From NCBI RefSeq assembly GCF_009834535.1, contig NC_045696.1, positions 1 to 64,000 on the forward strand: DNA of 64,000 nt, read 5' to 3'. This DNA comes from Camelus ferus (Eukaryota). Under the pieces are notes generated by a model. It did no database searches, was not told where the DNA came from, and saw only the letters and a program-made list of their open reading frames with translations. Below are positions 27,001 through 42,000 of the stretch, piece after piece. Position numbers and translations under genes: made by a program. Positions within the stretch are counted from its first letter, which is position 1. Every line of letters begins with the position of its first letter.

Positions 27001-30000
27001 TCAGTGTATATATTATGAGTTTGGTTCAAGGACCTCAGGACAGGAACCCAGGCTACTTAGGGAAACCGTGGAGACTCAGGGCACCCTTGAACCTGTGATG
27101 TTGCTTCATTTATTCCTTTCCATTCCTAGAGTGGAATGATTGACTGAGTTTCAGCCTAAGAAGATGCATAAAGAGAGATCTTCTCCCAATTTTCTCACTT
27201 CTCTTGTCATGCTGTTCGGAAACATTTTCAAGCTGGTTTCCATGTGACACCTCAAAACAAATTTGAGAGGAATTATTTCAGAACAAGTATATAGATTTCT
27301 TTCCAAATCACAGAAATCATTTGTCCCCATGATGGCAAGAGGCAGAAATCATCTTTACCTGTTTCATATTGATAAGGCATCTTGTTGCAAGATTTCATGC
27401 ATGAAGACAAAAGTCACAAACCCATTCCTGCAAAAGGATTGTCCCCGTGTATCTCAATTATGTACAGCAGTTCAACATTTGTGAAAACCCTGATACATAG
27501 TACATTAGGGGACAAATTTTTGTGGAACTCTAAAATATATCCGTTTCATAAATGAATAAATACTGTGTCTTGCTAGGAATAGATGGGGTGAATTTTCTTC
27601 AAACATGAGTTCTACAAATTGTGAATCATTACAGGATTTATTGAACTGAAGCACGAATCATTTAAGAGACTCTACCCTCATAGCTGTCTTCTTTTTGCTA
27701 TTCTTCCCATAGAAACCTTCATGAGATCTGAAGTAAATTATCTGAGTTTGTGGAAGTACTGGGACCAATAAGAATGTGCAGATGGGCTGAACCCCATCCC
27801 TGAAAATCAATGTGTCCCCCAAAATGCAGTGCAATGAACACTGGCCCATGTCATATTCCTCCAAGTAGGGATGTTTCTGTAGATGAATTTTGCCTAAAGA
27901 TCCTCTGATGATGGTTTAATGCACCAAAAAATCAGCTTTTCTTACAGCTTTCATGAAAGCTGCATTTGGTTGAGCTGAAATGCTCTACTTAACATCACCT
28001 TCCCAGATGTACCTTCATAACATGCAGGCAACCTCATGCCATACATGGAAATCACGGTTTTTATCATCAATTCCCAATAAGGAATTTTTCCTAGTCCCTT
28101 CTGTTCTCCTAAAGAACCACCTGACAAACATAGTTGTGCAGATGATATGGCTAAAGATGACTATGTAAAGAGCATCGTTCACACATTTCCTTAAATTCAC
28201 TCTGTGGAATGTGAAGATCAAGGAGAAGCTCATGTATTAAGGACAAACTTGAACAGAAACTTCTCAGATTACAGATGGTCTGTTCTCCCTATTAGGGAAA
28301 ACTCAGCACTTTCAAATTCTGGGAAAATGTGAAATAAACATCCCCCAAGTGTATTCAAGATTTTCAGGATTTCAAGTTCTGATGGACACAGACTCTCCTA
28401 TCTATAATATATTTTCACATGAATCTTCATATGCTCTCAACTATGCAAAAGAGAGTGATTTCAGAATATCCTGAAGTGGAGGATGGAAAGTCAGTTTGCA
28501 GTGAAATCTGACAGAAAATGTTGACAGGACTGTGTGCCAGAAGGAGAAGCCACATATTCGAAAAGTGGCAGAAGACTTAAAACTTCTTCAATTGTTTGAT
28601 CCTAAGGAGGGAAATGAAGCTCTGTGGGAGATTAACTACTTTGGAATTAGTGGCAAATGTAAGTCTGTGTGCATCTAACATGAAGTGTTTCCTCCTGTCC
28701 ACATAGTCCTTTCACCAATTAGACGTTTGTTCAATCGAGCTGTACTGTGAGTTGAACAATAGGATTAAAATGGGGATGGAATGCATGGCCTCAATCACAT
28801 GTAAGACATAGGGTATTTTCTCAATGCCTCAAAATTGGTGATCCTAATATGGCAAAAGGATGTTTCCCACACAATCTATCCTGTAGTAACTAAAACCAAC
28901 AAGATGTATTGCACAGCACCTAGAGACACTCTGTAGGCAATCTTTCCAACTTCGCGATCTATTGCATAAATTCAACCGAAGTAGAGATGAAGGGAGCTAT
29001 CTCGCTGTGAGTGTGTGAAAAAGCCTATCACAGATCATAGTTATGCATGTTTCCCAACAACAGAAATACTCCTTTATCACGATAGCGCAGGTGAGGGATA
29101 TTGTTCACACACACTGAATTTCCTATATGGGTAAAGTGTCAAGATTTGGGTTGATGTGAGCAAAATTACAAGACCCATTCAAATAATCTTCTTTGCACCT
29201 TCATTCAGATGCTTCCAGTAAGTCTTGTCAAGTGAGGGGCTGTGGCTGATGCAAAGATGAGCTGGTGCCCAGGTCGTTCAGTGCAGAAACATACAATAAT
29301 TTCAGATACGGTGGAAATCAGTGCTCATAAAGTGGCCCGCGAATCTTCTGAAGTTTTTGACATTCATTCCCAGGATACGACGAATTCTAAGATTCGGAGC
29401 AATAAGCTGGGTAGGAAGAGATCTTCTCCCACATCTGCAACTGTTGTTGTCCTGCTCTCTGGGAATGGTTTCAGCCTGGGTTCAATTTGACATGTCAAGT
29501 TCAGGTTGAGAGAAACATTTTGAGAACCGAGACATAGGTTTTTTCCCATATACTGTACCCATATTTCACAGAATGGCACAAGACTGAAATCATCCTTATC
29601 CATTTCATTTCATGCAGTGAACGTGTTGCAATTTCCCGTGTATGAAGCTAAATGTCATAGAGACACTGCTACAAATGGCTTTCTGCATTCACTCTCTATT
29701 TCAATAAGTTAGTTCAACATTAGAAAAAAACTGTGATTCCTTCGGGAATAGGAGACAAATCTTGTGGAACACTGAAACACAGCCGTTCCCTGACTGCCAA
29801 AATTCTGTGACTTGCAAACAAATCTTTGGTGTGAATTTCCTTCAAATATGCGTTTTCCAAAATTGAGATATTTTAAAGCATTCATTGAAGAAAAGCACTC
29901 ATTTAGGAGAGATTACCGTCCAAGCTGTCTTTTTCTAAATATTCTTCCTACAGAAATCTTCATAATGGTTGATGTAAATTGCCTACATTGGATGATGAAT

Positions 30001-33000
30001 GCATGCTTCTCAACATGCAAATGGGCTCGTTTCCAACCTTGAAAACCAATGTGTCCCCAGAAAAGAAGCGCAAAGAAAACTGGCCCATGTCATTTTCCTC
30101 CAAACAGGGAAGTTACAGAAGATGAATTTCACATTACCTAACTCTAAAAATTGTTTCTCTTCACAAAACACTCATCATTCCTGGTAGATTTTGAATGAGC
30201 TGCTGTCGAATTTGCTGGGGTGAGTTGACTTAAATCATTTTGATTTATGTGCTTTCAAAACATGGAGGGACATTCCAGGCCAAATATGGAAAGCCCAGAT
30301 TTTGCATTCAAATCCCAAGAAGGGAGTGGACTTCAGGTTGTCTGTTTCCAAAATGAAACACAGGGAAGCATTTGTTTCAAGTAGACATGAATTGCAGTAG
30401 AATTGCTAGCAGTATTCTTTGCTTCTTCCCTTGGATGCCTTCTGTGGACATGGCAAGTTCTGGAGAAGCTGGGGTACTGAGGCTGAACTTGTGAAATGGC
30501 CTATCCAAGTACTCACAGGCAGTAATTGACAGTGCGCTGTGCTCTACCAAAATCGTGGATCACGTCAACTCACACAGCTGCAGATTGTTTCCCAAGAATG
30601 AAAGGTTCTATGTCCTGTGGAAAACAGGTCGACTTATCTAGGTGTTAGTCTCACAAGAATGTTTTTCTCGCCATAAATTCATGCCAGCAAGAAGGCTTTT
30701 CAAGATGGCTGAATTTGAGGAAAAATGTCAGGAAGCAGTGAAATCTTACAGAACATGAAGAGAGGCTCTTACGCCAAAGACAAAAGCCTCAAGTTTTAAA
30801 ACTGCCAGAAGACCGAAAATTTCCTCATGTGCTTATTTGAAAGATGGGAACAGTTTTCCAAGACTGGGTGAAGCTAACACAGTTAGCTTCATACTGTCCA
30901 ATAGTCCTTCCAGCGTGTGAAAATATGCTCGATTGAGGCTTTCAGTGGGGGGAAATTGCAGATTTCACAGTGGGTTCAAATGCATGGCCTCACTCACCAG
31001 CTAGAGATAGGACGGGTCCTCAATCACACTATTTACATGATCACAAAAGGCAGATGGAGGCTTCACACATACACTTTTTTCTCTAGTGACAAGTACCTAA
31101 AAGCTGCATTTCACAGCCCCTCATTTTCAAGAGACATTCTGTCAACAAATTTTCCAACTTAGCAGGTGCCATTCCTAATGGCACATAATTAGGAGATGAA
31201 AGGAATAAATTCAATGTGAGTGTGGGAGAAAGCCTATCAGCAGTTGGATATTGGATGGCTTCCCCAACACCAAATTTCTCTTATTCCTACAATGTAGTAG
31301 AAGGAAATTTATTCACATTTATTGTACTCCCATCATGGGTCTCCTATTAACGTTAGGGATGATAATATCGAAATTAGAAGACCCATTCAAACAATCCTCT
31401 TTCCACCTTGCTAAGAATGGTTTGTAACACCTTGGTCTTCTGGGGTGCTGTCAGTGTATCTATGATGAGTTTGAGCCAAGGAACTTTAGGACAGGAACCC
31501 AGGCTACTTAGAGAAACCGTGGAAACTCAAGGCTCTTTCATGTGCGGTTTTTCTTCATCTATTCCGTTCCAGTCCTAGAGTGGATAGATTGTATTAAGTT
31601 TGGCAGAAGAAGCTGCATAAAGAGAGTTCTTCTCCCAATTGTCTCACTTCTCTTTGCACGCTGTTTTGGAAAACTTTCAAGCTGGATAATATGTGACACA
31701 TCAAAACAAAGGGGAGTGATATTATTTCAGAAACATTATACAGATTTCTTTCCAAATCATAGTTTCTGTTTTTCCCCATAATAGCATTAGGCAGAAATCT
31801 TCCTTACCTGTTTCATTTTGAAAAGGGTATCTGTTGCAAGATTCCATGCATGTAGATCAAAGTCACAAACACATTCCTGCAAATAGCTTATCACAGTCTA
31901 TCTCAATTATGAAGAGCAGTTCAACAATTGTGAAAACCCTGATTCCTAGTGCATTAGGGGACAAGGTTTTGTGCAACACTGAAATAGATACATTTCATAA
32001 ATGACTAAATATTCTATCTTGCTTAGAATTGATGGGGCGAAGTTTCTTCAAACTTGAGTTCTACAAACTGTGAATCGTTACAGGATTTATTGAACCGAAG
32101 CATGAATCGTTCAAGAGAGAGTACCATCAAAGCTGTCTTCTTTGTGCTATTCTTCCTATAGAAAATTTCATGAGAGCTGAAGTACAATATCTGAGTTCAA
32201 GGAACTACATAGGCTTATAAGAATGTGCAGATGGGCTGACTCCCATCCCTGTAAATCAATGTGTCCCCAAAAATGCAGTGTAATTAACACTGGCCCATGT
32301 CATATTCCTCCAAATAGGTATGTTTCTGAAGAAGAAATTTGCCTAAAAATCCACTGAATATGGTTTAATGCACCAAAAAATCAACTTTCCTTATCGCTCT
32401 CCTGAGAGCTGCATTTGGCTGAGCTCAAATTCTCTTCTTAACATCACCTTCCCAGATGCACCTTCATAACATACAGGCAACCTCATGACATACATGGAAA
32501 TCATGGTTTTTATCATCAATTCCAAATAAGGGATTATGCCTAGTCCCTTCTGTTCACCAAAAGGACCACATGAGAAATATATTTGTGCAGATGATAAGGC
32601 TAAAGTTGACAATGTAAACAGCATCCTTTACACATATCCTAAAATTCAGTCTGTGGAATGTGAAGATCAATGAGTAGCTCATGTATGAAGGACAATCTTG
32701 AACAGAAACCTCTCATATTACGGATGAACCATTCTCTTTATTGGCAAAATTCTGCACATTCAAATTCGTGGAAAAATACAAACTAACATCTCCCCATGTA
32801 TATTCCAGATTTTCAAGATTTTAAAATCTTTGGGACACAAGACTCCAATCTCTAAGGCATTTACCACGAATCTTTATAAGCTGTTAAATATGCATATGAG
32901 AATGATTTCAAAAAATTCTGAAGTGGAGGAAGGAAAGGCAGTTTGTACTGAAATCTTACAGAATATGGTGAAAGGACAGTGTGCAAAAAGGAGAAGACAA

Positions 33001-36000
33001 ATATTCAAAAAGTAGCAGAAGACTTAAAGCTTCTTCAATTGTTTGATCATAAGGAGGGAAATGAAGGTCTGTGGGAGTTTAACTACTTTGGAATTAGTGG
33101 CACACGTGAGACAGGGTGCATCTAACAAGAATTGCTTTCTCCTGTCCATGTAGACCTTTCAGCAAGTGGACGTTTGCTCAATTGAACTGTTCTCTAGGGG
33201 AACATTGGGATTAGCCTGGGAGTTTGAATGCATGGCCTCAATCACATGTAAGACATATGGTATTTTCTCAATGCCTCAAAGTTGGTGATCCCAACAAGGA
33301 GAAGGGAATTTCCCACACAATATTTCCTGTAGTAACAAAAACCAAAAAGGCATTGCACAGCACCTAGGGACACTCTGTCAGTAATTTTTCCAACTTCACA
33401 GTCAATTGCCTAAATTGAACCGAAGTAGACATGAAGGGAGCTATCTCAATGTGAGTGTGTGATAAAGCCTAACACAGCTCGTAGTTATGCTTGCATCCCA
33501 ACAACAGAAATACTCCTTATCATAACAGTACATTTGAGGGATATTTTCTGCAATCATTGTATTCCCAATATGTGTAAAGTGTCAAGGTTTGGGCTGATGT
33601 GAGCGAAGTTACAAGACCCATTCATATATTCTTCTTTGCACCTTCATTCAGATGCTTCCAGTAAGCAGTGTCAAGTGAGGGGCTGTGGCTGATTCAAAGA
33701 GGAGCTGGTGCCCAGGTCGTTCAGGCAGGAACATAGAATAATTTTGGATACGGTGTAAATCAGTGCTCATGAAGTGTCCTGTGTATTTGCTGAACATTTT
33801 GCCATTGATTCCCAGGTTACAATGAAGTCCAAAATTCAGAACAAAAGCTGGGAATGAAGAGATCTTCTCCCACTTCTGCTACCGTTGTTGTCCTGCTCTC
33901 CGGTAATGGTTTCAAACTGGGTTCAATTTGACATCTCAAGTTCAGGATGAGAGAAACATTTTCAGAACTGAGACATAGGCTTCTTTCCCATTCACAGTAC
34001 CCATTTTTTCCAGAACGGCACAAGACTGAAATCATCCTTACCCGATTCATTTCATGCAGTGAACATGTTGCAAGGTCCCGTACATGAAGCTAAATGTCGA
34101 AGAGACACTCCTAAAAATGGATTTCTGCATTCACTCTCTTTCTATACGTTAGTTCAACTAAGAGAAAACCTATGATTCCTTATGGAATAGTAGCCAAGAT
34201 CTTGCCAAACACTGACACATAGCCGTTTCTGACTGCCAAATTTCTGTGACTTGCAAACAAAGCATTGGTGTGAATTTCTTTCAAACATATGTTTTCCAAA
34301 TTCAGTTGTGTTAAATCATTCATTTAAGAAAAGTATTCATTTAGGAGAGATTACCATCCAAGTTGTCTTCTTTCTTAGTATTCTTCCTACAGATATCTTC
34401 ATAATGGGTGATGTAAATTATCTACATTAAATGATAGACGTATGCTTCTGAATGGCATATGGGCTCACATCGATCCTTGAACACCAATGTATCCCCAAAA
34501 ACTAAGTGCAATGTAAAACTAGCCCATGTCGTATTCCTCCAAATAGGGAAGTTACAGAGGATGAATTTCACCTGGCCTAACGCTGAAATATGTTTCTCTG
34601 CACAAAACTCTCAGCATTCCTGACAGATTTTGAATGAGCTGCTGTTGACTCTGCTGGGATGAGGTGTCTTAATGTTACTTGCATGATGTGCCTTCAAAAT
34701 ATGGAGGGACATCTCAGGCCAAACATGAATATCCCAGATTTTGCCATCAGTTCCCAAGAATGAGGTATACTTCAGGTTGTCTGTTTCTGAAATGAAACAC
34801 AGGGGAGCATTTGTTTCAAGTGGACAAGAATTGCAAATGGATTGCTAGTGGTATTCTTTGCTTCTTCCCTTGGATGCCTTCTGTGGACATGCCAAGTTAC
34901 GGGAAGCTGGGTTAGTGAGGCTGAACTTTTGAAATGGCCTTTCCAAGTACTCACATGCAGTAATTACAGTGTTCTGTGCTCTAGCAAAATCTTGGATCAC
35001 ATCAACTCACTCAAGCTGCAGATTTTTCCCATGAATGTACGGTTCTAAATCCTGTGGAACACAGGGTGACCTATCTAGGAGTTAGTCTCACAAGAATATT
35101 TTTCTCACCATGAATTCATGCCAGCTAGAATGCTTTTCAAGATGGCTGAATTTGAGGAAAGGAAGTCTGGATGCAGTGAAATCTTATGGAACATGAATAC
35201 AGGATCATACGCCAAAGACAAAAGCCTCATGTTTTAAAAGTGCCAGAAGACAGAAAAATTCCTCATGTGCTTAGTTCCAAGTTGGGAACAGTTTTCCAAA
35301 AACTGGGTGAAGCTAACACAGTGAGCTTCATACTGTCCAAGTAGTCCTTCCACCATGTGAAAATATGCTCGATCGAGACATTCAGTGGTGGGAACTTACA
35401 GAATTAACAGTGGGTTTTAGTGCATGGCCTCACTCACAAGGCTAGATATAGAAACTGTCCTAATTCACACTACTTACTTGATCCCAACAAGGCAGAAGGG
35501 GGTTTCACACATACACATTTTTGTCTAGTGACACGTACATAAAAGCTGCATTTCACAGCCCCTCATTTTCAAGAGACATTCTGTCAACACATTTTCTAAC
35601 TTAGCCAGTGACGTTCCTAATGGCACATAAATTGGAGATGAAAGGAATGGACTCAATGTGAGTGTTTGAGAAAGCCTATCAGAATTTGAATATTGGATGG
35701 CTTCCCCAACAACAAATTTCCCTTATTCCTGCAATGCAGAAGAAGGAAATTTTTCCACGTTCATTGTACTCCCAACAAGGGTCACCTATGAACGTTAGGG
35801 TTGATCTTATAGAATTAAGAAGACCCGTTCAAAAAATCCTCATTTCCCCCTTGCTTAGAATGCTTTCTATCACCTTATTCTGCTGGGGGGCTGTATTTTA
35901 TCTATGATGAAGTTTGGGCCAAGGACCGATCAGGACACTAATACAGGCTACTCAGGATATCTGCTGGAAACTCAGGGCTCCCTTGAACCTGTGATGTAGC

Positions 36001-39000
36001 TTCATCTATTCCGTTCCATTGCTAGAGTGGAATGATTGAATGAGATTCGGCATAAGAAGCTGTGTAAAGACAGATCTTCTCCCAATTTTCTCACTTCTCT
36101 TGGCATGCTGTTCGGGAACATTTACAAGCTGGATTGTATGTGACAAACCAGAATAAAGTGGAGAGAAATTATTTCAGAACCAGTATATAGATTTCTTTCC
36201 AAATCACAGAAACCGTTTGTCTCCATGATGACACAAAGCAGAAATCATCCTTACCCATTTCATTTTGAAATATGAATCTGTTGGAACATTCAATGCATGT
36301 AAACCAAAGTCACAAGCACATTCCTGCAAATGGCTTACTACAGTGTATCTCAATTATAAATAGCAGTTCAACATTTGTGAAAACCCTGATTCCTAGTGCA
36401 TTAGGGGACAAGGTTTTGTGCAACACTGAAATAGATCATTTTCATAAATGACTAAATTCTCTGCCTTGCTAGGAATTGATGGGGCAAATTTTCTTAAAAC
36501 ATGAGTTCTACAAACTGTGAATCATTACAGGATTTATTGAACTGAAGCATGAATCATTCAAGAGAGAGTACCCTCAAAGCTGTCTTCTTTTTGCTATTTT
36601 TCCTAATAGAAAACTTCATGAGAGCTGAAGTACATTATCTGAGTTTGATGAACCACAGAGACCTATAAGAATGTGCAGATGGGCTAACTCCCATCCCCGT
36701 AAATCAATGTGTCCCCAAAAATGCAGTGCACTGAACAATGGCCCACTGTAATATTCCTCCAAACATGGATGTTTCTGTAGATGAATTTTACCTAAAAATC
36801 CACTGATTATGGTTTAATGCACCAAAAATTCATCTTTCCTTACAGCTTTCCTTAGAGTTGCAATTGGCTGAGCTGAAATGTTCTTCTTAACGTCACCTTC
36901 CCAGATGTACCTTCATAACATTGCAGGCAACCTCATGTCCATACATGTAAATCATGGTTCTTATCATCAATTCCCAATAAGTGATTTTGCCTTGTCCCTT
37001 CTCTTCTCCTAAAGAACCACATGACAAACGTATTAGTGAAGATGATATGGCTAAATATGACTATGTAAAGAGCAGCCTTTACATATTTTCTTAAATTCAT
37101 TCTGTTGAATGTGAAGATTAGAGAGAAGCTCATGTATTAAGTACAAAATTGAACAGAAACCTCTCAGATTACAGATGGACCATTCTCTCTATTAGGCAAA
37201 ACTCTGCACTTTCAAATTCTGGGAATATTTCAAACTAAAATCACCCCAAGAGTATTCCAGATTTTCAAGATTTTTAAACATGAGGGTCACAGACTCTCCT
37301 ATCTATAAGGCATTTTCACACAAATATTTATACGCTTTCAGCTATGCAAATAAGAATGATGTCAAAAAATGCTGAAGTGGAGGAAACAAAGGCAGTTTGT
37401 AGTGAAATCTGACAGAACATTGTGAAAAGACCATGTGACAAAAGGAGAAGCCACATATTCAAAACGTGGCAGAAGACTTAAAACTTCCTCAATTGTTTGA
37501 ACCTAAGGATGGATATAATGTTCTGTAGGAGATTTACTACTTTGGAATTAGTAGCAAAAGTAAAAATGGGTGCATCTAACATGAAGTGCTTTCTCCTGTC
37601 CATGTAGTCCTTTCAGCAAGAGGACATTTGCTCGATCGACCTGTTCTCTGAGGTGAACATTGGGATTACCCTGGGGGTTTGAATGCATGGCCACAATCAC
37701 ATTTAAGACCTAGGGTTTTTTCTCAGTGCCTCAAACTTGGTGATCCCAATAAGGCAGAAGGATGTTTCCCACACAATCTATTCTGTAGTAAATAAAATCT
37801 ACAAGATGCATTACGCAGCACCTAGAGACACTCTGATGGCAATGTTTCCAGCTTCGTGGTCATTTGCCTAAATTCAATCGAAGTAGAGATGAAGGGAGCT
37901 ATCTCGCTGTGAGTGTGTGAGAAAGCCTATCACAGCTCGTAGTTACGCTTGCTTCTCAACAAAAGGGATTCTCCTTTATTATGACAGTGTAAGTGAGGTA
38001 TATTTTCCACACTCATTGTATTCCCAATATGTGTAATGTTTCAAGGTTTGGGCTGATGTGAGCGAAATTACAAGACCCAATCCAACAATCTTCTTTGCAC
38101 ATTCATTTGGATGCGTCTAATAAGCAGTGTCAAGTGAGGGGCTGTGGCTGGTACAATCAGGAGCTGGTGCCCAGGTCGTTCAGTGCAGGAACATACAATA
38201 ATTTAGGATACTGTGGAAATCAGTGCTGATGAAGTGTTCCATGTATCTGCTGAACTTTCTGCCATTGATTCCCAGGATACGAAGGATAATAAGATTCGGA
38301 ACATTATGGTGGGTAGAAAGAGACCTTCTCCCACTTCTGTTACAGTTGTTGTCCTGTTTTCTGGGGATGGTTTCAACCTGGGTTCAATTTCAAATCTCAA
38401 GTTCAGGATGAGAGAAATATTTTCAGAACCGAGACATAGGCTTCTTTCCCATTCAGAGTACCCATTTTTGCCACAACGGCACAAGACTGAAATCATCCTT
38501 ACCCGATTCATTTCATGCAGTGAACATGTTGCAAGGTCCCGTGCATGAAGCTAAATGTTTTAGAGACACTCCTACAAATGTCTTTCCGCATTCATTCTCT
38601 CTTTCAATAAGTTCGTTCAACATAAGAGAAAATCTGTGATTCCTTATGGAATAGGAGACAAGATCTTGTGGAACACTGACACACAGCCATTTCCCGACTG
38701 CCAAAGTTCTGTGACTTGCAAACAAAGCTGCGGTGTGAATTTCCTTCAAACATGTGTTTTCCAAAATTGAGATGTGTTAAAGCTTTCATTGAAGGAATGC
38801 ACTCATTTAGGAGACATTACCCTCCACGCTTTCTTCTTTCTCCGTATTCTTCCTACAGAAATCTTCATAACGTGTGATGTAAAATATCTACATTGGATGG
38901 TGAACATATGCTTCTGAATGTGCAAATGGGCTCGCTTCCATCCTTGAAAACCAATGTGTCCCCAACAACCAAGTGCATTGAAAACTGTCCCATGTCGTAC

Positions 39001-42000
39001 TCTTCCAAACAGGGAAGTTACAGAAGATGAATTTCACCTGACCTAATGCAGAAGAATGTTTCTCTGCACAAAACACTCAGCAATCCTGAAAGATTTTGAA
39101 TGGGCTGCTGTTGACTCAGCTGGGATGAGGTGCTTTAAACTCACTTTGCAAGATATGCCTTCAAATCATGGAAGGATAGCTCAGGCCAAACAGGAAAATC
39201 CCAGATTTCCCATCAAATCACAAGAAGGGATTGTACCTCAGGTTGTCTGTTTCCAAAATGAAACACAGGGAAGCATTTGTTTCAAGTGGACAAAATTGCA
39301 AGAAGATTGCTAGCGGTATTCTTCCCTTCCTCCATTGGATGCCTTCTGTGGACATGGCAAATTCTAGGGAAGCTGGGGTACAGAGACTGAACTAGTTAAA
39401 GGGCCTTTCCAGGTACTCACAAGCAGTAATTGACAGTGTGCTGTGCTCTACCAAAATAGTGGATCACGTCAACTCACCCAGCTGCAGATTGTTTCCCAAG
39501 AATGAAAAGTTCTAAATCCTGTGGAACTCAGGGTGACCTATCTCAGAGTTACTCTCACAAGAATATTTGTCTCGCCATAACTTCATGCCAACTAGAAGGC
39601 TTTTCAAGATGGCTGAAGTTGAGGAAAGAGAGTCAGGATGCAGTGAAATCTTATGGAACATGAAGACAAGCTCATATGCCAAAGACAAAAGCCTCACTTT
39701 TTAAAACTGCCAGAAGACCAAAATTTCCTCATTTGCTTAGTACCCAGATGGGAACAGTTTTCCAAGAATGGGTGAAGCTAACACAGTGAGCTTCATACTG
39801 TCCAATTAGTCCTTCCAGCATGTGAAAATATGCTCGATCGAGACATTCAGTGGTGGGAACTTGCAGAATTCAGCAGTGGGATTTAATGCATGGCCTCACT
39901 CACAAGCTGGAAATAGGACGGGTCCTCAGTTGCACTACTTACAAGATCCCAACTAGGTAGAATGAGGTTACAAACATGCACTTTTTTGTCTACTGACAAG
40001 TACCTAAAAGCTGCTTTTCACAGCCCCTCATCTTCAAGAGACAGTCTGTCTACAAATTTTTCAACTTAGCATGTGTCATTCCTAACGGCACATAAATGGG
40101 AGCTGAAAGGAATGGACTGAGAAGGACTGAGTGTGTGAGAAAGCCTATTAGTACTTGGATATTGGATGGCTTCCCCAACACCAAATTTCTCTTATTCCTA
40201 CAATGCAGAAGGAAATTTATTCACATTCATTTTACTCGCAAGATGCGTCACATATGAATGTTAGGGATGATCTTATAGAAATTAGAAGACTCGTTTAAAC
40301 TATCCTCTTCCCACCTTGCTTAGAATGGTTTGTAACAGCTGGGTCTTCTGAGGGGCTGCCAGTGTATATATGATGAGTTTGGGCCAAGGACCTTCAGGAC
40401 AGGAGCCCAGGCTACTTAGAGAAACCATGGAAACTCAGGGCTCCCTTGATCCTGCGATGTTGCTTCATCTTTTCTGTTCCATTCCTAGAGTGGAATGATT
40501 GTCTGAGATTCAGCAAAGAAGCTGCATAAAGGGAGATCTTCTCCAAATTTTCTCACTTCTCTTGGCATTCTGTTCGGGAACATTTTCAAGCTGGATTCTA
40601 TGTGACATCTCGCAACAAATTGGAGAGAAAGTATTTCAGAACCAGTATATAGATTTGTTTCTAAATCACTGAAACAGTTTGTCCCCATGATGGTACATGG
40701 CATAAATCATCCTTACCCGTTTCATTTTGATAAGTGAATCCGTTGCAAGATTCCATGCATGTAGACCAATGTGAAAAACACATTCCTGCAAATGGCTTGC
40801 CAAAGTGTATCTCAATTAAGTAGAGCAGTTCAACATTTGTGAAAACCATGATTCCTAGTGCTTTAGGGGACAAGATTTTGTGGAATACTATAATTGATCC
40901 ATTTCATAAATGAGTAAATACTCTGTCTTCCTAGGAATTGATGGGGCAGATTTTCTTCAAATGTGAGTTATACAAATTGTGATTCATTACAGGATTAATT
41001 GAACTGAAGCACGAATTTTCAAGGGAGAGTACCCTCAAAGCTGTATTCTTTTTGCTATTCTTCCTATAGAAACCTTCATCAGATTTGAAGTAAATTATCT
41101 GAGTTCGAGGAAATACAGAGGCCTATAAGAATGTGCAGATGGGCTGACTCCCATCCCTGTAACACAATTTGTCCCCAAAATGCAGTGTAGTAAACACTGG
41201 CCCACATCATATTCCTCCAAATAGGGATGTTTCTTAAGAAGAATTTTGCCTAAAGATCCACTGAAAGTGGTTTCTTGCACAAAAAAATCAGCTTTCCTTA
41301 TAGCTTTCCTCAGAGCTGCATTTGGCTGAGCTGAAATGCTCTTCTTAACATCACCTTCCCAGATGTACCTTCATAAGATGCAGACAACCTCATGCCATAC
41401 ATGGAATTCACTGTTTATCATCAATTCCCAAAAAAGGATTGTGCCTAGCCCCTTCTGTTCTCCTAAAGAACCACATGACATTCATATTTGTACAGATGTT
41501 ATAGGCTAAAGATGACTATGTAAAAAGCATCCATTACACACTTCCTTAAATTCACACTGTGGAATGTGAAAATCAAGGAGAAGCTGATGTATTAAGGACA
41601 AACTTGAACAGAAACCTCTCAGATTATGAATGGTCCATTCTCTCTACTGGCAAAACACTGCACTTTCAAATTCTGGAAAAAGTTTAATTAACATCTCCCC
41701 AAATTTATTCCAGATTTTCACAATTTTAAAATCTGAGGGGCACAGTAGCTTCTATCTGTAAGTTATTTTCTCATGAATCTTTAATCGCTGTCAACTATGC
41801 AAATGAGAATGATTTCAAAATATGCTGAAGTGGAGGAAGGAAAGGCAGTTTGCAGTGAAATCTAACAGTATATGGTGAAAGGACCGTGTGGTAAATGGAG
41901 AAGCTACATATTTGAAATGTGGCAGAAGACTAAAAACTTCCTCAACTCTTTGATCCTAAGGAGTGAAATGAAAGTCTGTGTGAGATTAACTACTTTGGAT

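Noticed and set aside
29321..29509. Endogenous bornavirus/Mononegavirales L fragments (SWVGRDL, SSWVQF, HIDFQGW resemblances)
   Set aside because: The motifs are short, in inconsistent order, spacing and strand, and no GDN motif was seen. The 245-bp periodicity explains the sequence better.
36100..36130. CENP-B box near TTCGGG motifs
   Set aside because: The sites I inspected do not fit TTCGNNNNANNCGGG. I did not scan exhaustively.
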